A stretch of DNA of 64,000 nucleotides from Pirellulales bacterium. GTDB taxonomy: Bacteria; Planctomycetota; Planctomycetia; Pirellulales; UBA1268. The stretch lies in NCBI GenBank assembly GCA_044336985.1, contig JBIIOK010000001.1, forward strand, positions 4,998-68,997. Direction: 5' to 3'. Under the pieces are notes generated by a model. The model saw only the letters and a list, made by a program, of their open reading frames with translations. It was not told where the DNA came from and searched no databases. Below are positions 52,083-61,749 of this stretch, one piece after another. How positions within the stretch are numbered: position 1 is the stretch's first letter; each line of letters opens with the position of its first letter. The position numbers and the translations under genes were made by a program.

Positions 52083-55000
52083 ATGAGAGCCCCGGTGACA
52101 TTGGCCGCCTGTCGATCGCCAGTGGTCGTCTCCATGGCCCTCGCCGCCTGGCTGATGGCGGGCGGCGCAACGCGGGGCGCCACGCCCGATGCCTCCTCAG
52201 CGGACGGTGACTTTGCGGCGGCACGGCCTCTTTTCGCCCGCTACTGCCTCGACTGCCATTCCGGCGACACGGTCGAGGGGGAGGTCGATCTCTCGGTTAT
52301 GGCCGATCCGGCCGGGCTCGGGCAGCATGCCAAGCTGCTCCAGCGGGTGGCGGACATGGTCACGAGCAGCCAGATGCCGCCGCCCGAGTACGACCAGCCC
52401 ACCGACGAGGAGCGGCGGGTGCTCGCCGACTCGCTGCAGGCGTTCCTCGCCGCGGAGGCGCGGGCCCATGCCGGCGATCCGGGGCGCGTCGTCCTCCGCC
52501 GGCTCAACAACGCCGAATACACGCACACCATCCGCGACCTCACGGGCGTCGATTCGCTCGACCCCGCCGAGGAGTTTCCCGCCGACGGCGGCGCCGGCGA
52601 AGGCTTCACGAACACGGGGCAAGCGCTCGTGATGTCGCCGAGCCTGGCCACGAAGTATCTCGACGCCGCCAAGGCGATCGCGGCCTACGCCGTCTTCCTG
52701 CCCGACGGCCTGCGGTTTTCGGCCGGCGACTCCCGCCGCGACTTTGCCGACGAGGCGCTCGTTCGCATCAAGCAATTTTATGGCCGCTACACACAGCCGC
52801 TCGACGCCGCTGCGGCCAACGCGCAGCAGACCGTGAAGCAGGGGGTCAAGCTCGACACGGGATCCGAGGGCTTCCTGCCGGTTGAAAAATATCTGTTCGC
52901 GACGCTCGCCGACCGCGAGCGGCTGACGCAAGGCGGTGACGCCGTGGCCGCCGTGGCCCGCGAGCGGGGCCTGAGCCCGAAATACCTGGCCACGCTCTTT
53001 GCCGCGCTCTCGGCTGAATCGACGGCCGGCAAGCCAGCCGTGATTCTCGACACGCTGCGGGCCCGGTGGAAGGCCGCGACTCCGGCCGATGCCGCCGCGC
53101 TGGCGTCGTTCGTTTCCCAGTGGCAGGCGGCCCTCTGGAAGTTCAACCATGCCGGCCAGATCGCCACCCGCTTTGGCACGACCGACGGCCCGGCCGTCTG
53201 GATGGAGGCGACGACGCCGCTCCTCGAGCGGCAGGAAATCCGTGTGAAGCTCGCGGTTCCGAAAGACCAGGACACGGTCACGATCCATCTCGCAGCCGGT
53301 GATGCCGGCGACGGCCGCGATCACGACGTCGTCGTCTGGAAGAATCCGCGGCTCGTGGCCGCCGGCCGGACCGATCTGCCGCTGGCCATGGTGCGTCCGA
53401 TGGCGGCGCTGCTCGGCACCGAACGCGAGCGGATAGCCGCGACCGCGGCACAGTGCCTGGCCGCCGCATCCGAGGCGCTCGCCGGGCCGCACGTGACGGC
53501 CGCCGCGCTCGACGCCGCGGCCGCCGCGCTCGCCGAGAAGCATGCCGTCGATCCGCGGCTGCTCGCGGGCTGGCTCTCGTATCTCGGACTCGGCGCGCCG
53601 GAGCCGGCCTTCGCCAAACTGCTCGACAAGAAGCTGGAAAAAATCGAGGACTGGGAGGCGTTGAACGGCTGGCGTGGCGAGGGCAAACTGCGCGTGATCG
53701 CCAACTCGTCGGACGAGAAGTACCTCATCCCCGGCACGGTCGAGCCGCACGGCGTGGTCGTGCATCCCGACGCCAAGCACCGGGTGATCATCGGCTGGCG
53801 GAGCCCGATCACGGGCCCGGTGGAGATCCGGGGCGCGACGGCGGCCGCCCATGGGGTCTGCGGCAACGGCACGACCTGGTCGGTGGAGGTGTGGCGGGGC
53901 AAGACCCGCGAGACGCTCGTGAACGCCGCCGGCAAGGCCGCCGCCTTCGGCCCGTTCGGGCCGCTTGCCCTGCGGACGGGCGACGTCGTGGCCGTCTGCG
54001 TGGGTGCACCTGACGGCAACGCAGACTGCGACCTCACCCGCGTCGATCTCACACTCCGCTCCGGCGACGACGTGTCGGGTGAAAAGGAGTGGGATCTGGC
54101 CCGCGACGTCTCGGGCGACATCCTCGCAGCGAATCCGCATGCCGACGGCCAGGGCAACGCGAACGTCTGGCACTTCGCGACGGAGCCCGAGGGCTCTGCC
54201 GGCGGCTGGACGATTCCCCCGGGCTCTCTCCTCGCACGATGGATGGCGGCCACCGGCGCGGAAGACCGCGGCATGATCGCCGCCGACCTCGGGCAGCTGC
54301 TCGCGGGCGACGGCTCCGGCCTCGCGAAAGACTCGCCCGACACCCAACTGCGGCAGCTGCTCCGCTCCGCGACGGGCCCGCTCCTGGCCGGGATCAAGCC
54401 GCCGCGGGAGCAGTTCGGCGCCGGCGAACAGGCGGCCGGGTTGGGCCTCGATGCTGCGGCCTTCGGTCGGCATCCCCAGGAGCTCACGGTCGAGTCCGAT
54501 GACCTGTGCATGCAGGCGCCCGATTCGATCACGATCACGATCCCGGCGGAATTGGCCGAAGGCTGTGAGTTCGTGACGGAGGGCACGCTGCATCCAAGCT
54601 CCCCCGCCGACGCGAGCGTGCAGGTCGAGGCCGGGGCCGATGCGCCGAGCAATCTGGTGGCCGGCGGCCTCGTGACGGCACTGCCGGTCGTGGCCCGCAA
54701 AGACTCCGCCGCATGGAAGCGATTCGAGCAGGCGTTCGCCGACGCGCGCGATCTCTTTCCAGAGGCTCTCTGCTACGGCCGCATCGTGCCGGTGGACGAG
54801 GTCGTCACGTTGAATCTGTATTACCGCGAGGATGACCAGCTCCGCCGGCTCATGCTCGACGATGCCGAGGCCAAGGAACTCGACCGGCTCTGGGACGAGC
54901 TCTTCTTCATCGCCCGGGAGCCGCTCGAATTCGAGGATGGCTTCGAGCAGCTCATGGAGTACGCCGGCCAGGACAGACCCGATCTCGTCAAACGATGGAC

Positions 55001-56321
55001 GCCCATCAAGCCGGCGATCACCGCCTACGCGGAGGCCTTCAAACAGCGGCTCGTGGAGGCCGAGCCGCGGCACCTCGACGCGGTCGTGGCGCTCGCCGGG
55101 CGGGCCTTCCGCAGGCCGCTGCAGCCAAACGAAGAGACACGACTCCGCACGCTCTACGACACGCTGCGAAAGAAGGAGGTGCCCCACGAGGAGGCGATCC
55201 GTGCGGTCCTCGCCCACGTGCTCGTGTCGGCCGATTTCCTCTACAAGATCGAGGTGGCCGCTCCGGGCACCGAATCAAAGCCCGTCTCCGACTACGAGCT
55301 GGCCACGCGGCTCTCCTACTTCCTCTGGTCGTCGATGCCGGATGCGGAGTTGCTTGCAGCAGCCGAGAGCGGCCGGCTCCACGATCCGGAGGTCTTGAAG
55401 TCGGAGACGCGGCGGATGCTCGCCGCCCCGGCCTCGCGGCGGCTGGCGGAGGAGTTCGGCACGCAGTGGCTCCACGTCCACGGCTTCTCATCGCTCGACG
55501 AAAAAAATGCCGAGCTCTTCCCGACGTTCGCCGATCTGCGGGCCGACATGGAGGAGGAGACGGTGCTCTTCCTCGACGACTTCTTCAGGAATGACCGCTC
55601 GATCCTCTCGCTCGTCGACGCCGACCACACGTTTTTGAACGAGCGGCTGGCGAAGCACTATTGCATCGAGGGCGTGACGGGCGAGGCGTGGCGGCGGGTG
55701 GAGGGGGTGCGAAGGCATGGCCGGGGCAGCATCCTCTGCCTGGCCACGACGCTCTCCACGCAGGCCGGCGCCTCCCGCACGAGCCCCATCCTCCGCGGGA
55801 ACTGGCTCTACGAGACGATCCTCGGCGAGAAGCTGCCGAAGCCGCCGAAGGACGTGCCGCTTTTGGCGGAGACGGTGCCGACGGGATTGAGCGAGCGGCA
55901 ATTGATCGCGATGCACTCGGAGAACGCGGCCTGTGCGAAGTGCCACCGCCGAATCGATCCCTTCGGCTTCGCGCTCGAGGAGTTCGATGCCATCGGCCGG
56001 CTCCGCACGGCCGACGCCTCGGGCAAGCCGCTCGACATGAAGGCCACGCTGCCCGATGGGGCCACGCTCGACGGCCAGGAGAGCGTGAGGGCGTATCTGC
56101 TCGGGCCGCGTCGCGACCAGTTCGTGCGGGTCTTCTGCCGCAAGCTGCTCGGCTACGCCCTCGGCCGTGGCGTGCAACTCTCCGACGAGCCGCTGCTCGA
56201 CGAGATGGCGGCCCGGCTGGCCGCCTCCGAGTACAGGGTTTCGGTCGCCATCGACGCGATTCTTGCAAGCCCGCAGTTTCGCATGATCCGCGGCCGGGAT
56301 GCGGCCGATGATGCCACGTGA
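52083..56321 (+). CDS. PSCyt (planctomycete cytochrome c) / DUF1587-DUF1592-DUF1595-DUF1588 family protein, pair 1
   Basis: The internal ATG at 52083 gives the signal-like sequence MRAPVTLAACRSPVVVSMALAAWLMAGGA. Family blocks: FARYCLDCHSG (CxxCH), RRLNNAEYTHTIRDLTG, FPADGGAGEGFTNTG, ATRLSYFLWSSMPD, FGTQWLHV, SPILRGNWLYETILG, CAKCHRRIDPFGFALEEFDAIG. Confidence 0.9.
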   Translation: MRAPVTLAACRSPVVVSMALAAWLMAGGATRGATPDASSADGDFAAARPLFARYCLDCHSGDTVEGEVDLSVMADPAGLGQHAKLLQRVADMVTSSQMPPPEYDQPTDEERRVLADSLQAFLAAEARAHAGDPGRVVLRRLNNAEYTHTIRDLTGVDSLDPAEEFPADGGAGEGFTNTGQALVMSPSLATKYLDAAKAIAAYAVFLPDGLRFSAGDSRRDFADEALVRIKQFYGRYTQPLDAAAANAQQTVKQGVKLDTGSEGFLPVEKYLFATLADRERLTQGGDAVAAVARERGLSPKYLATLFAALSAESTAGKPAVILDTLRARWKAATPADAAALASFVSQWQAALWKFNHAGQIATRFGTTDGPAVWMEATTPLLERQEIRVKLAVPKDQDTVTIHLAAGDAGDGRDHDVVVWKNPRLVAAGRTDLPLAMVRPMAALLGTERERIAATAAQCLAAASEALAGPHVTAAALDAAAAALAEKHAVDPRLLAGWLSYLGLGAPEPAFAKLLDKKLEKIEDWEALNGWRGEGKLRVIANSSDEKYLIPGTVEPHGVVVHPDAKHRVIIGWRSPITGPVEIRGATAAAHGVCGNGTTWSVEVWRGKTRETLVNAAGKAAAFGPFGPLALRTGDVVAVCVGAPDGNADCDLTRVDLTLRSGDDVSGEKEWDLARDVSGDILAANPHADGQGNANVWHFATEPEGSAGGWTIPPGSLLARWMAATGAEDRGMIAADLGQLLAGDGSGLAKDSPDTQLRQLLRSATGPLLAGIKPPREQFGAGEQAAGLGLDAAAFGRHPQELTVESDDLCMQAPDSITITIPAELAEGCEFVTEGTLHPSSPADASVQVEAGADAPSNLVAGGLVTALPVVARKDSAAWKRFEQAFADARDLFPEALCYGRIVPVDEVVTLNLYYREDDQLRRLMLDDAEAKELDRLWDELFFIAREPLEFEDGFEQLMEYAGQDRPDLVKRWTPIKPAITAYAEAFKQRLVEAEPRHLDAVVALAGRAFRRPLQPNEETRLRTLYDTLRKKEVPHEEAIRAVLAHVLVSADFLYKIEVAAPGTESKPVSDYELATRLSYFLWSSMPDAELLAAAESGRLHDPEVLKSETRRMLAAPASRRLAEEFGTQWLHVHGFSSLDEKNAELFPTFADLRADMEEETVLFLDDFFRNDRSILSLVDADHTFLNERLAKHYCIEGVTGEAWRRVEGVRRHGRGSILCLATTLSTQAGASRTSPILRGNWLYETILGEKLPKPPKDVPLLAETVPTGLSERQLIAMHSENAACAKCHRRIDPFGFALEEFDAIGRLRTADASGKPLDMKATLPDGATLDGQESVRAYLLGPRRDQFVRVFCRKLLGYALGRGVQLSDEPLLDEMAARLAASEYRVSVAIDAILASPQFRMIRGRDAADDAT

Positions 56322-56358
56322 GTATCATTGGTGCAGAGCCACCGACAGGAGCCTTCCC

Positions 56359-57687
56359 ATGACTCAGAAACTCTCCCGCCGCACGATGCTCCGCGGCCTC
56401 GGCGTGTCGATGGCCCTGCCCTGGATGGAGTCGCTCACCGCCGCCGGCGCGCCGGCCGTGGCCGGCGCGGCAGCCGCCGCGCCGCCGCTTCGCCTCGCCG
56501 TGCTCTTCGCCGGCAACGGCTTCCATTCGAAGGAGTGGTGGGCCAAGGGCTCGGGCAAGGAGATGGAACTCGGCAAGGTGCTCGAGCCGGTGGCCGACTT
56601 CCGGGAGAAGATGCTCTTCGTGAAGGGGCTTTACAACGAGCAGGCCCGCAAGGGCAACATCCATTCCTCGCAGACCGGCAACCTGCTCTCCGGTGCCCCG
56701 CTCGCCTCCGGCGGCGAGATCCGCTCCGGCACGAGCTTCGACCAACTCCTCGCCCAGACCTACGGCCGCGGCACGAAAGTGCCGAGCCTCGTCCTCGGCT
56801 GCGAGAAGAGCAACCCGAGCGTCCATAAAAACTACTCGATGCTCTACAGCTCCCACATCTCCTGGAGCAGCCCCACCACGCCGACGCCGCTGGAGCTCTA
56901 CCCGGCGCTGGCCTTCGACCGGCTCTTCAAGGACGAGTCGCACGCCGGCGACGTGAGCGTGCTCGACGCGGTCCTCGAGACGGCCGACGACCTCCGCCGC
57001 AAAGTCAGCGTGGCCGACCGGCGGAAGCTCGACGAATACCTCGACAGCGTCCGCGACGTGGAGGCCCGGATCGAGGCGGCGGGCAAGAAGGGCGAGTTGC
57101 AGGGCTGGCGGCCCGCCCTCGAAAAGCCCGACATCCCGCGGCCGGCCGACGGCATCCCGCAGGACATCGCCGAGCACATGCGGCTGATGTGCGACATTCT
57201 CGTGCTTGCCTTCCAGACCGACACCACGCGGATCGTCACGCTCAAGCTCAACAACGACCACTCGTCCCTGCGGTTTCCGAACCTCCCGCGGACCGACAAA
57301 CCGTCGCAGGGGATCGACTACATGATCCACCACCTGCTGTCGCATTCCGACAACGCCGACTGGCTCGTGGTCAACCGCTTCTTCATGGAACAGATGGCCC
57401 ACGTCGCCCGGCGGCTCGACGCGATTCAGGAAGGGGAGCGGACGGCGCTCGACAACTCGATCGTCATGATGTGCTCGAGCATGATGGCCGGCGCCAAGCA
57501 CGACAACGACCAGTTGCCGGTGGTGATGCTCGGCCGGGCCGGTGGAAAACTCGAGACGGGCCGCGTGCTCGACTACACCGGCAAGCCCGACCGCCAGATG
57601 TGCCGGCTGTATCTCTCGCTGATGGAAAAGATGGGCGTCCGCGAGAAGACCTTCGGCGACGCCACGGCGCCCCTGGAAGAAGTCTGA
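56359..57687 (+). CDS. DUF1552 protein with twin-arginine signal, pair 1
   Basis: The internal ATG at 56359 follows AGGA. MTQKLSRRTMLRGLGVSMALPWMESL is Tat-type SRRxxL. It continues RLAVLFAGNGFH...GNLLSGA...SLVLGCE...HLLSHS...MCSSMMAGAKHDNDQLPVVMLG. Confidence 0.9.
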   Translation: MTQKLSRRTMLRGLGVSMALPWMESLTAAGAPAVAGAAAAAPPLRLAVLFAGNGFHSKEWWAKGSGKEMELGKVLEPVADFREKMLFVKGLYNEQARKGNIHSSQTGNLLSGAPLASGGEIRSGTSFDQLLAQTYGRGTKVPSLVLGCEKSNPSVHKNYSMLYSSHISWSSPTTPTPLELYPALAFDRLFKDESHAGDVSVLDAVLETADDLRRKVSVADRRKLDEYLDSVRDVEARIEAAGKKGELQGWRPALEKPDIPRPADGIPQDIAEHMRLMCDILVLAFQTDTTRIVTLKLNNDHSSLRFPNLPRTDKPSQGIDYMIHHLLSHSDNADWLVVNRFFMEQMAHVARRLDAIQEGERTALDNSIVMMCSSMMAGAKHDNDQLPVVMLGRAGGKLETGRVLDYTGKPDRQMCRLYLSLMEKMGVREKTFGDATAPLEEV

Positions 57688-57833
57688 CTTCGTTCTGAAG
57701 CTACCGTACGACCCGCAAAGCCCGATTTGTCAAGCCACGGTTTCAATATGTCGACACTATAGCAATGGGCGGCTACTATTGAAGTGGTTTCCCGCCGAAT
57801 TGCGCGGTTCAGCCAGTTCGAGAAAGGTTCGAG

Positions 57834-60800
57834 ATGCGACGTTCGTGGCTCTCATTCACGTTGCCCGCGTGCCTCGCGCTCGCCGCCCCGGCCACGGCGT
57901 CCGGGGATGATCTGGCGCAAGCGTACGTCGCCCAGGTCCATCCGCTCATGGTGAAGACCTGCGGAGGCTGCCACGGTGCCGAGCCCAAGGACAACGACCT
58001 CGATCTCGCCGGCTTCGCCACGTCCGAGGCGCTCCTCGGCCGGCCCGCGGTGCTCGAGCATGTGATCGAGCGGCTGCACGTCGGCGACATGCCGCCGCGC
58101 GAGGCCCCGCAGCCGAGCGACGCCGAGCGGGAGCAGCTGCTCGGCTGGTTCACGGCGGCGCTCGACGCGGAGGCGGCCGCGCGGGCCGGCGACCCGGGCC
58201 CGGTGACGCTGCGACGGCTGAGCAACGTCGAATACGACAATGCCGTGCGGGATCTCACCGGCATCGACATGCGGCCGACGCAGGCCCGCGAGTTTCCTCC
58301 CGACGCCGTCGGCGGCGAGGGTTTCGCGAATGTCGGCGAGGCGATGCCCGTGACGCCCGTGCTCGTGGAGCGCTATCTGAAGGCCGCCCGCGACGTCGCC
58401 GCGCGGGCGGTGCTGCTGCCGACCGGCTTCCGATTTTCCGCGTCGCCGGAGCGGCCGGAATGGACGGCCGAGGCGGAGAAGGCCGTCCGCGGCTTCCATT
58501 CGCGCTACGCCAACGCTGCCGGCGAGCCGCCGCTCGAGCGACATCTCGCGGCCACCCTGAAGCATCGCGAGCGGCTGGCGAGCGGCGGCCCGGCGGCGCT
58601 CGCCGCCGTCGCGGCCGAGGAGCAGCTCAATGCAACCTATCTGACCGCGCTCTGGACGGGGCTCTCCGGCACGGCCACCTCGCCGACGGAAGACGTTCCC
58701 CGGGCGGTGCAGTGGCTTGAAAAAGTGATCGAGAACGAAGCCGATCACGAGCGGCGACGGGCGGTTGTCCAGTCTGCCCGGCAAAAGATCGATTCGAACT
58801 GGGCGAAGGCGAAGCGGGTGCTCGCTGAGGCGAAGGTCGACGAAGGTGGGTCGGTTCCCTTCGAGCAGAAAATCGCGGTCCGCCGCGGCGAGATGCTTCT
58901 CCTCACGGTGCTCGCGAACAAAAGCGGCGCAGGAGACGACACGCTCGTCGAATGGACGATCCGGGAGACGGGCGGTGAGGGTCGGACCTGGAGCGTCGCC
59001 GACCTGGTTCCCGATCTCCTCAAGGGCAATCCCTGGCAGGACAAACACGACGCCCGCTGGAGCTTCCTGGCATTGACGCCGCACCCGGTGTTTCTCGCCG
59101 AGAAGCGCGACAACAATGCCGAACGGGCCGAGTTGAAATCCTGGAGCCTCAAGGACAAGCCCGCAGTGGTGGTGAACTCTGCAAGCGAGGCCGTGAAGAT
59201 CGGGACGGCGACGTTGCCTGCACGGTCGTTCGGTGTGCACCCCGACAACAATCGCCCCGTGGCGGTCGCCTGGACGAGCCCGATCGACGGCGAGTTTTCG
59301 GTCGCGGGCCGCGTCGCCGACGAGGACCAGACCAATGATGACGGTGTGTCGTTCGAACTGGCGCACGTCGCCGCCCCGGAACTCGGGCAGGCGCTGGCCG
59401 ATCTGGGGACCGACCTCGGTCTGCAGAATGCCGGCCCGCCGCCGGCCACGATTGCCCTCGTGCGGGAGAAGTGGCGAACGGCCACCACCGATCCCAAGCC
59501 GGTCTTGAAAGTGATCAAGTCGCTGCAAGACAGGCTGTTCTGGAACAACTACGGCAAACACACCGTGGTGGCCGTCGGCAACGGTTTTCCGTGGTGGGAG
59601 GATACGCTCCGCGTGGTCGCCCGCGAACAGGTCGAGGGCCCTGCCCGGGAGCCGGTGTTCCGGCTGATCGCGCGGGAGGTCGCGCCCGCGAAACCGGGAA
59701 CGTTCGTGATCTGGGATCGGCTGCGGCTGGAAGGGGGCGAAGGGCCCCTCGTGGTGCTGGCCGAGCAGCCGGAATTGCGGGCGGCCATCGAGGCCTCGGG
59801 CCTGCGGTTCGGCATCCATCCCGAGGGGCGGCCCGTGCCGCCGACGGCCCTCGTCACGCAGGCTGCCTCGGAGACGGTCATCGATTTGAGGAAACTGCCG
59901 GCGCCGCTCCTCGACGCACTCGCACTGCCGCGGTTTCTCCGCGCCGACGTGTGGCTCGACGAGGTCAGCCCAGAATCGGCGTCGGTGCAGGCGTTGCTCG
60001 TGAACAACCCGGGCAGGACGCCTGTGCCCAGCACGTGGAAGAGCGGCGACCCGCTCGTGATCGACCAGCCGGAGCCGCGGGTGGCGCAGATCGTGCATCC
60101 GCGGGTGGCTGCCGAGCGGGCCCGGCCGGCGGCGGAGTTTCGTGGGCTGTTTCCGCCGGCTGTTCTGTTCGCGCCGATCATCCCGCGCGATGCCCAGGGG
60201 AGCTTCTTCACGTTCCGTCGCATCGACGAGCCGCTGCGGCGGCTCCTGCTCGACGACGCGGGCAAGGCCGAGCTCGAGCGGCTGTGGGCCGAGCTGCATT
60301 TCGTGAGCGAAGACGCGGTCGCGGATCGGCGCATGTTCGAGGAGATGATGAAGTACTACCGCTATGAACCGACCCAAGGAATGATGTTTTTTCATATCCA
60401 GACGTTGGGCGACCGGGTGGACCGCGACGAGCGGGTCTTCCGTGCCGCCCAGGTCGTGGCCGAGCCTTCCCATCTGGAGCAGCTCATGGCCTTCGCCGCC
60501 CGGGCCTGGCGTCGGCCGCTTGCCGCGGAGGAGCGCGAGGCGATCCTGGCCGGCTACAAGGCCGACCGCGCCGAAAACGTGGCGCACGATCCGGCCTTCC
60601 GAGCGGCGTTGGCCGGCGTGCTCTCGTCGCCCTGGTTTCTGTACCGCGTCGAGGAGCCGGGCCGCGGGCCGAACTGGCAGCCTGTCACCGGAGTGGAGCT
60701 GGCCTCGCGGCTGAGTTTTCTCATCTGGGACTCGATCCCCGACGAGCCGCTCATGGCGGCGGCCCCGCGGCTCCACGAGCCCGCCGTGATGGAGGCGCAG

Positions 60801-61715
60801 CTCCGCCGGCTGCTCAAGGACGCCCGGGCCCGCGGCATGGCAGAGGAGTTCGGCGCCCGCTGGCTGGGCGTGCGCGACTTCGTGGCCAACCATGGCCGCA
60901 GCATGAAGGACTTTCCCGAGTTCACGCCGGCCGTGCGCGACAGCCTGGCCGAGGAGCCGGTGCAGTTTTTCCAAGACCTGCTCGCGAACGACCGGCCGGT
61001 GATCGACCTCATCACGGCCGATGCGGTGGTGGTGAACGACGTGCTTGCGAAGCACTATGGGCTCCCCGACGTGACCGGCCCCGAGTGGCGCCGCGTGGAG
61101 AAGGTGGCCGCCCAGGGCCGCGGCGGGCTGCTCGGCTTCGGCGCCGTGCTCGCCAAGCAGTCGGCGGCCGCCCGCACGAGCCCCATCAAGCGCGGGGCGT
61201 GGGTGGCCCAACTGCTCGGCGAGCGGCTGCCCAATCCGCCCGCCGACGTGCCCCCCTTGCCGGAGACGCCGCCCGAAGGGCTCTCCGTCCGCGAGATCAC
61301 CGAGTTTCACACGAAGGATGCCCGCTGTTCTGGCTGCCACAGCCGCATCGATCCCTACGGCATCTCCCTCGAGCGGTTCGACGCCCTCGGCCGGCTGCGG
61401 CCGGCCGCCGACCTGAAGCCGGGCGAAACCAAGGCCACGCTCCGCGACGGCACCGTGCTCGACGATACCGCCGGCGGCCTCAAGAGCTACATCGCCGGCC
61501 GGCGCCGCGACGACCTCCTGCGGTCGCTCGCCCGCAAACTGACGGGCTATGCGCTCGGCCGGGCCGTGCTCCCTTCCGACCGCGGGCTCGTGGATACAAT
61601 TACCAAGACCATGGCCGCCGGCGGCCGCTGGTCCGACGCCCTGCTCGTGATCGCGCAGAGCGAGCAGTTTCGCTGCATCCGGTCGACGGCCTCCGTGGCC
61701 GCGGCATCCCCCTGA
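57834..61715 (+). CDS. PSCyt / DUF1587-DUF1592-DUF1595-DUF1588 family protein, pair 2
   Basis: 1293 aa with a signal peptide. Family blocks: MVKTCGGCHGA (CxxCH), RRLSNVEYDNAVRDLTG, FPPDAVGGEGFANVG, ASRLSFLIWDSIPD, FGARWLGV, SPIKRGAWVAQLLG, CSGCHSRIDPYGISLERFDALG. Paralogous to 52083-56321. Confidence 0.9.
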   Translation: MRRSWLSFTLPACLALAAPATASGDDLAQAYVAQVHPLMVKTCGGCHGAEPKDNDLDLAGFATSEALLGRPAVLEHVIERLHVGDMPPREAPQPSDAEREQLLGWFTAALDAEAAARAGDPGPVTLRRLSNVEYDNAVRDLTGIDMRPTQAREFPPDAVGGEGFANVGEAMPVTPVLVERYLKAARDVAARAVLLPTGFRFSASPERPEWTAEAEKAVRGFHSRYANAAGEPPLERHLAATLKHRERLASGGPAALAAVAAEEQLNATYLTALWTGLSGTATSPTEDVPRAVQWLEKVIENEADHERRRAVVQSARQKIDSNWAKAKRVLAEAKVDEGGSVPFEQKIAVRRGEMLLLTVLANKSGAGDDTLVEWTIRETGGEGRTWSVADLVPDLLKGNPWQDKHDARWSFLALTPHPVFLAEKRDNNAERAELKSWSLKDKPAVVVNSASEAVKIGTATLPARSFGVHPDNNRPVAVAWTSPIDGEFSVAGRVADEDQTNDDGVSFELAHVAAPELGQALADLGTDLGLQNAGPPPATIALVREKWRTATTDPKPVLKVIKSLQDRLFWNNYGKHTVVAVGNGFPWWEDTLRVVAREQVEGPAREPVFRLIAREVAPAKPGTFVIWDRLRLEGGEGPLVVLAEQPELRAAIEASGLRFGIHPEGRPVPPTALVTQAASETVIDLRKLPAPLLDALALPRFLRADVWLDEVSPESASVQALLVNNPGRTPVPSTWKSGDPLVIDQPEPRVAQIVHPRVAAERARPAAEFRGLFPPAVLFAPIIPRDAQGSFFTFRRIDEPLRRLLLDDAGKAELERLWAELHFVSEDAVADRRMFEEMMKYYRYEPTQGMMFFHIQTLGDRVDRDERVFRAAQVVAEPSHLEQLMAFAARAWRRPLAAEEREAILAGYKADRAENVAHDPAFRAALAGVLSSPWFLYRVEEPGRGPNWQPVTGVELASRLSFLIWDSIPDEPLMAAAPRLHEPAVMEAQLRRLLKDARARGMAEEFGARWLGVRDFVANHGRSMKDFPEFTPAVRDSLAEEPVQFFQDLLANDRPVIDLITADAVVVNDVLAKHYGLPDVTGPEWRRVEKVAAQGRGGLLGFGAVLAKQSAAARTSPIKRGAWVAQLLGERLPNPPADVPPLPETPPEGLSVREITEFHTKDARCSGCHSRIDPYGISLERFDALGRLRPAADLKPGETKATLRDGTVLDDTAGGLKSYIAGRRRDDLLRSLARKLTGYALGRAVLPSDRGLVDTITKTMAAGGRWSDALLVIAQSEQFRCIRSTASVAAASP

Positions 61716-61749
61716 CTCCGATTTGCCCCCCGGCCCGAAAGGATCCCCC

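Noticed and set aside
46179-57501. Minus-strand ORFs 46179..48230 (683 aa), 50253..51320, 52197..55217 (1006 aa) and 55585..57501 (638 aa).
   Set aside because: They are antisense to the CE15-DUF1080, yeiH, DUF1592-family and DUF1552 genes. Their composition shows the same artefact signature.
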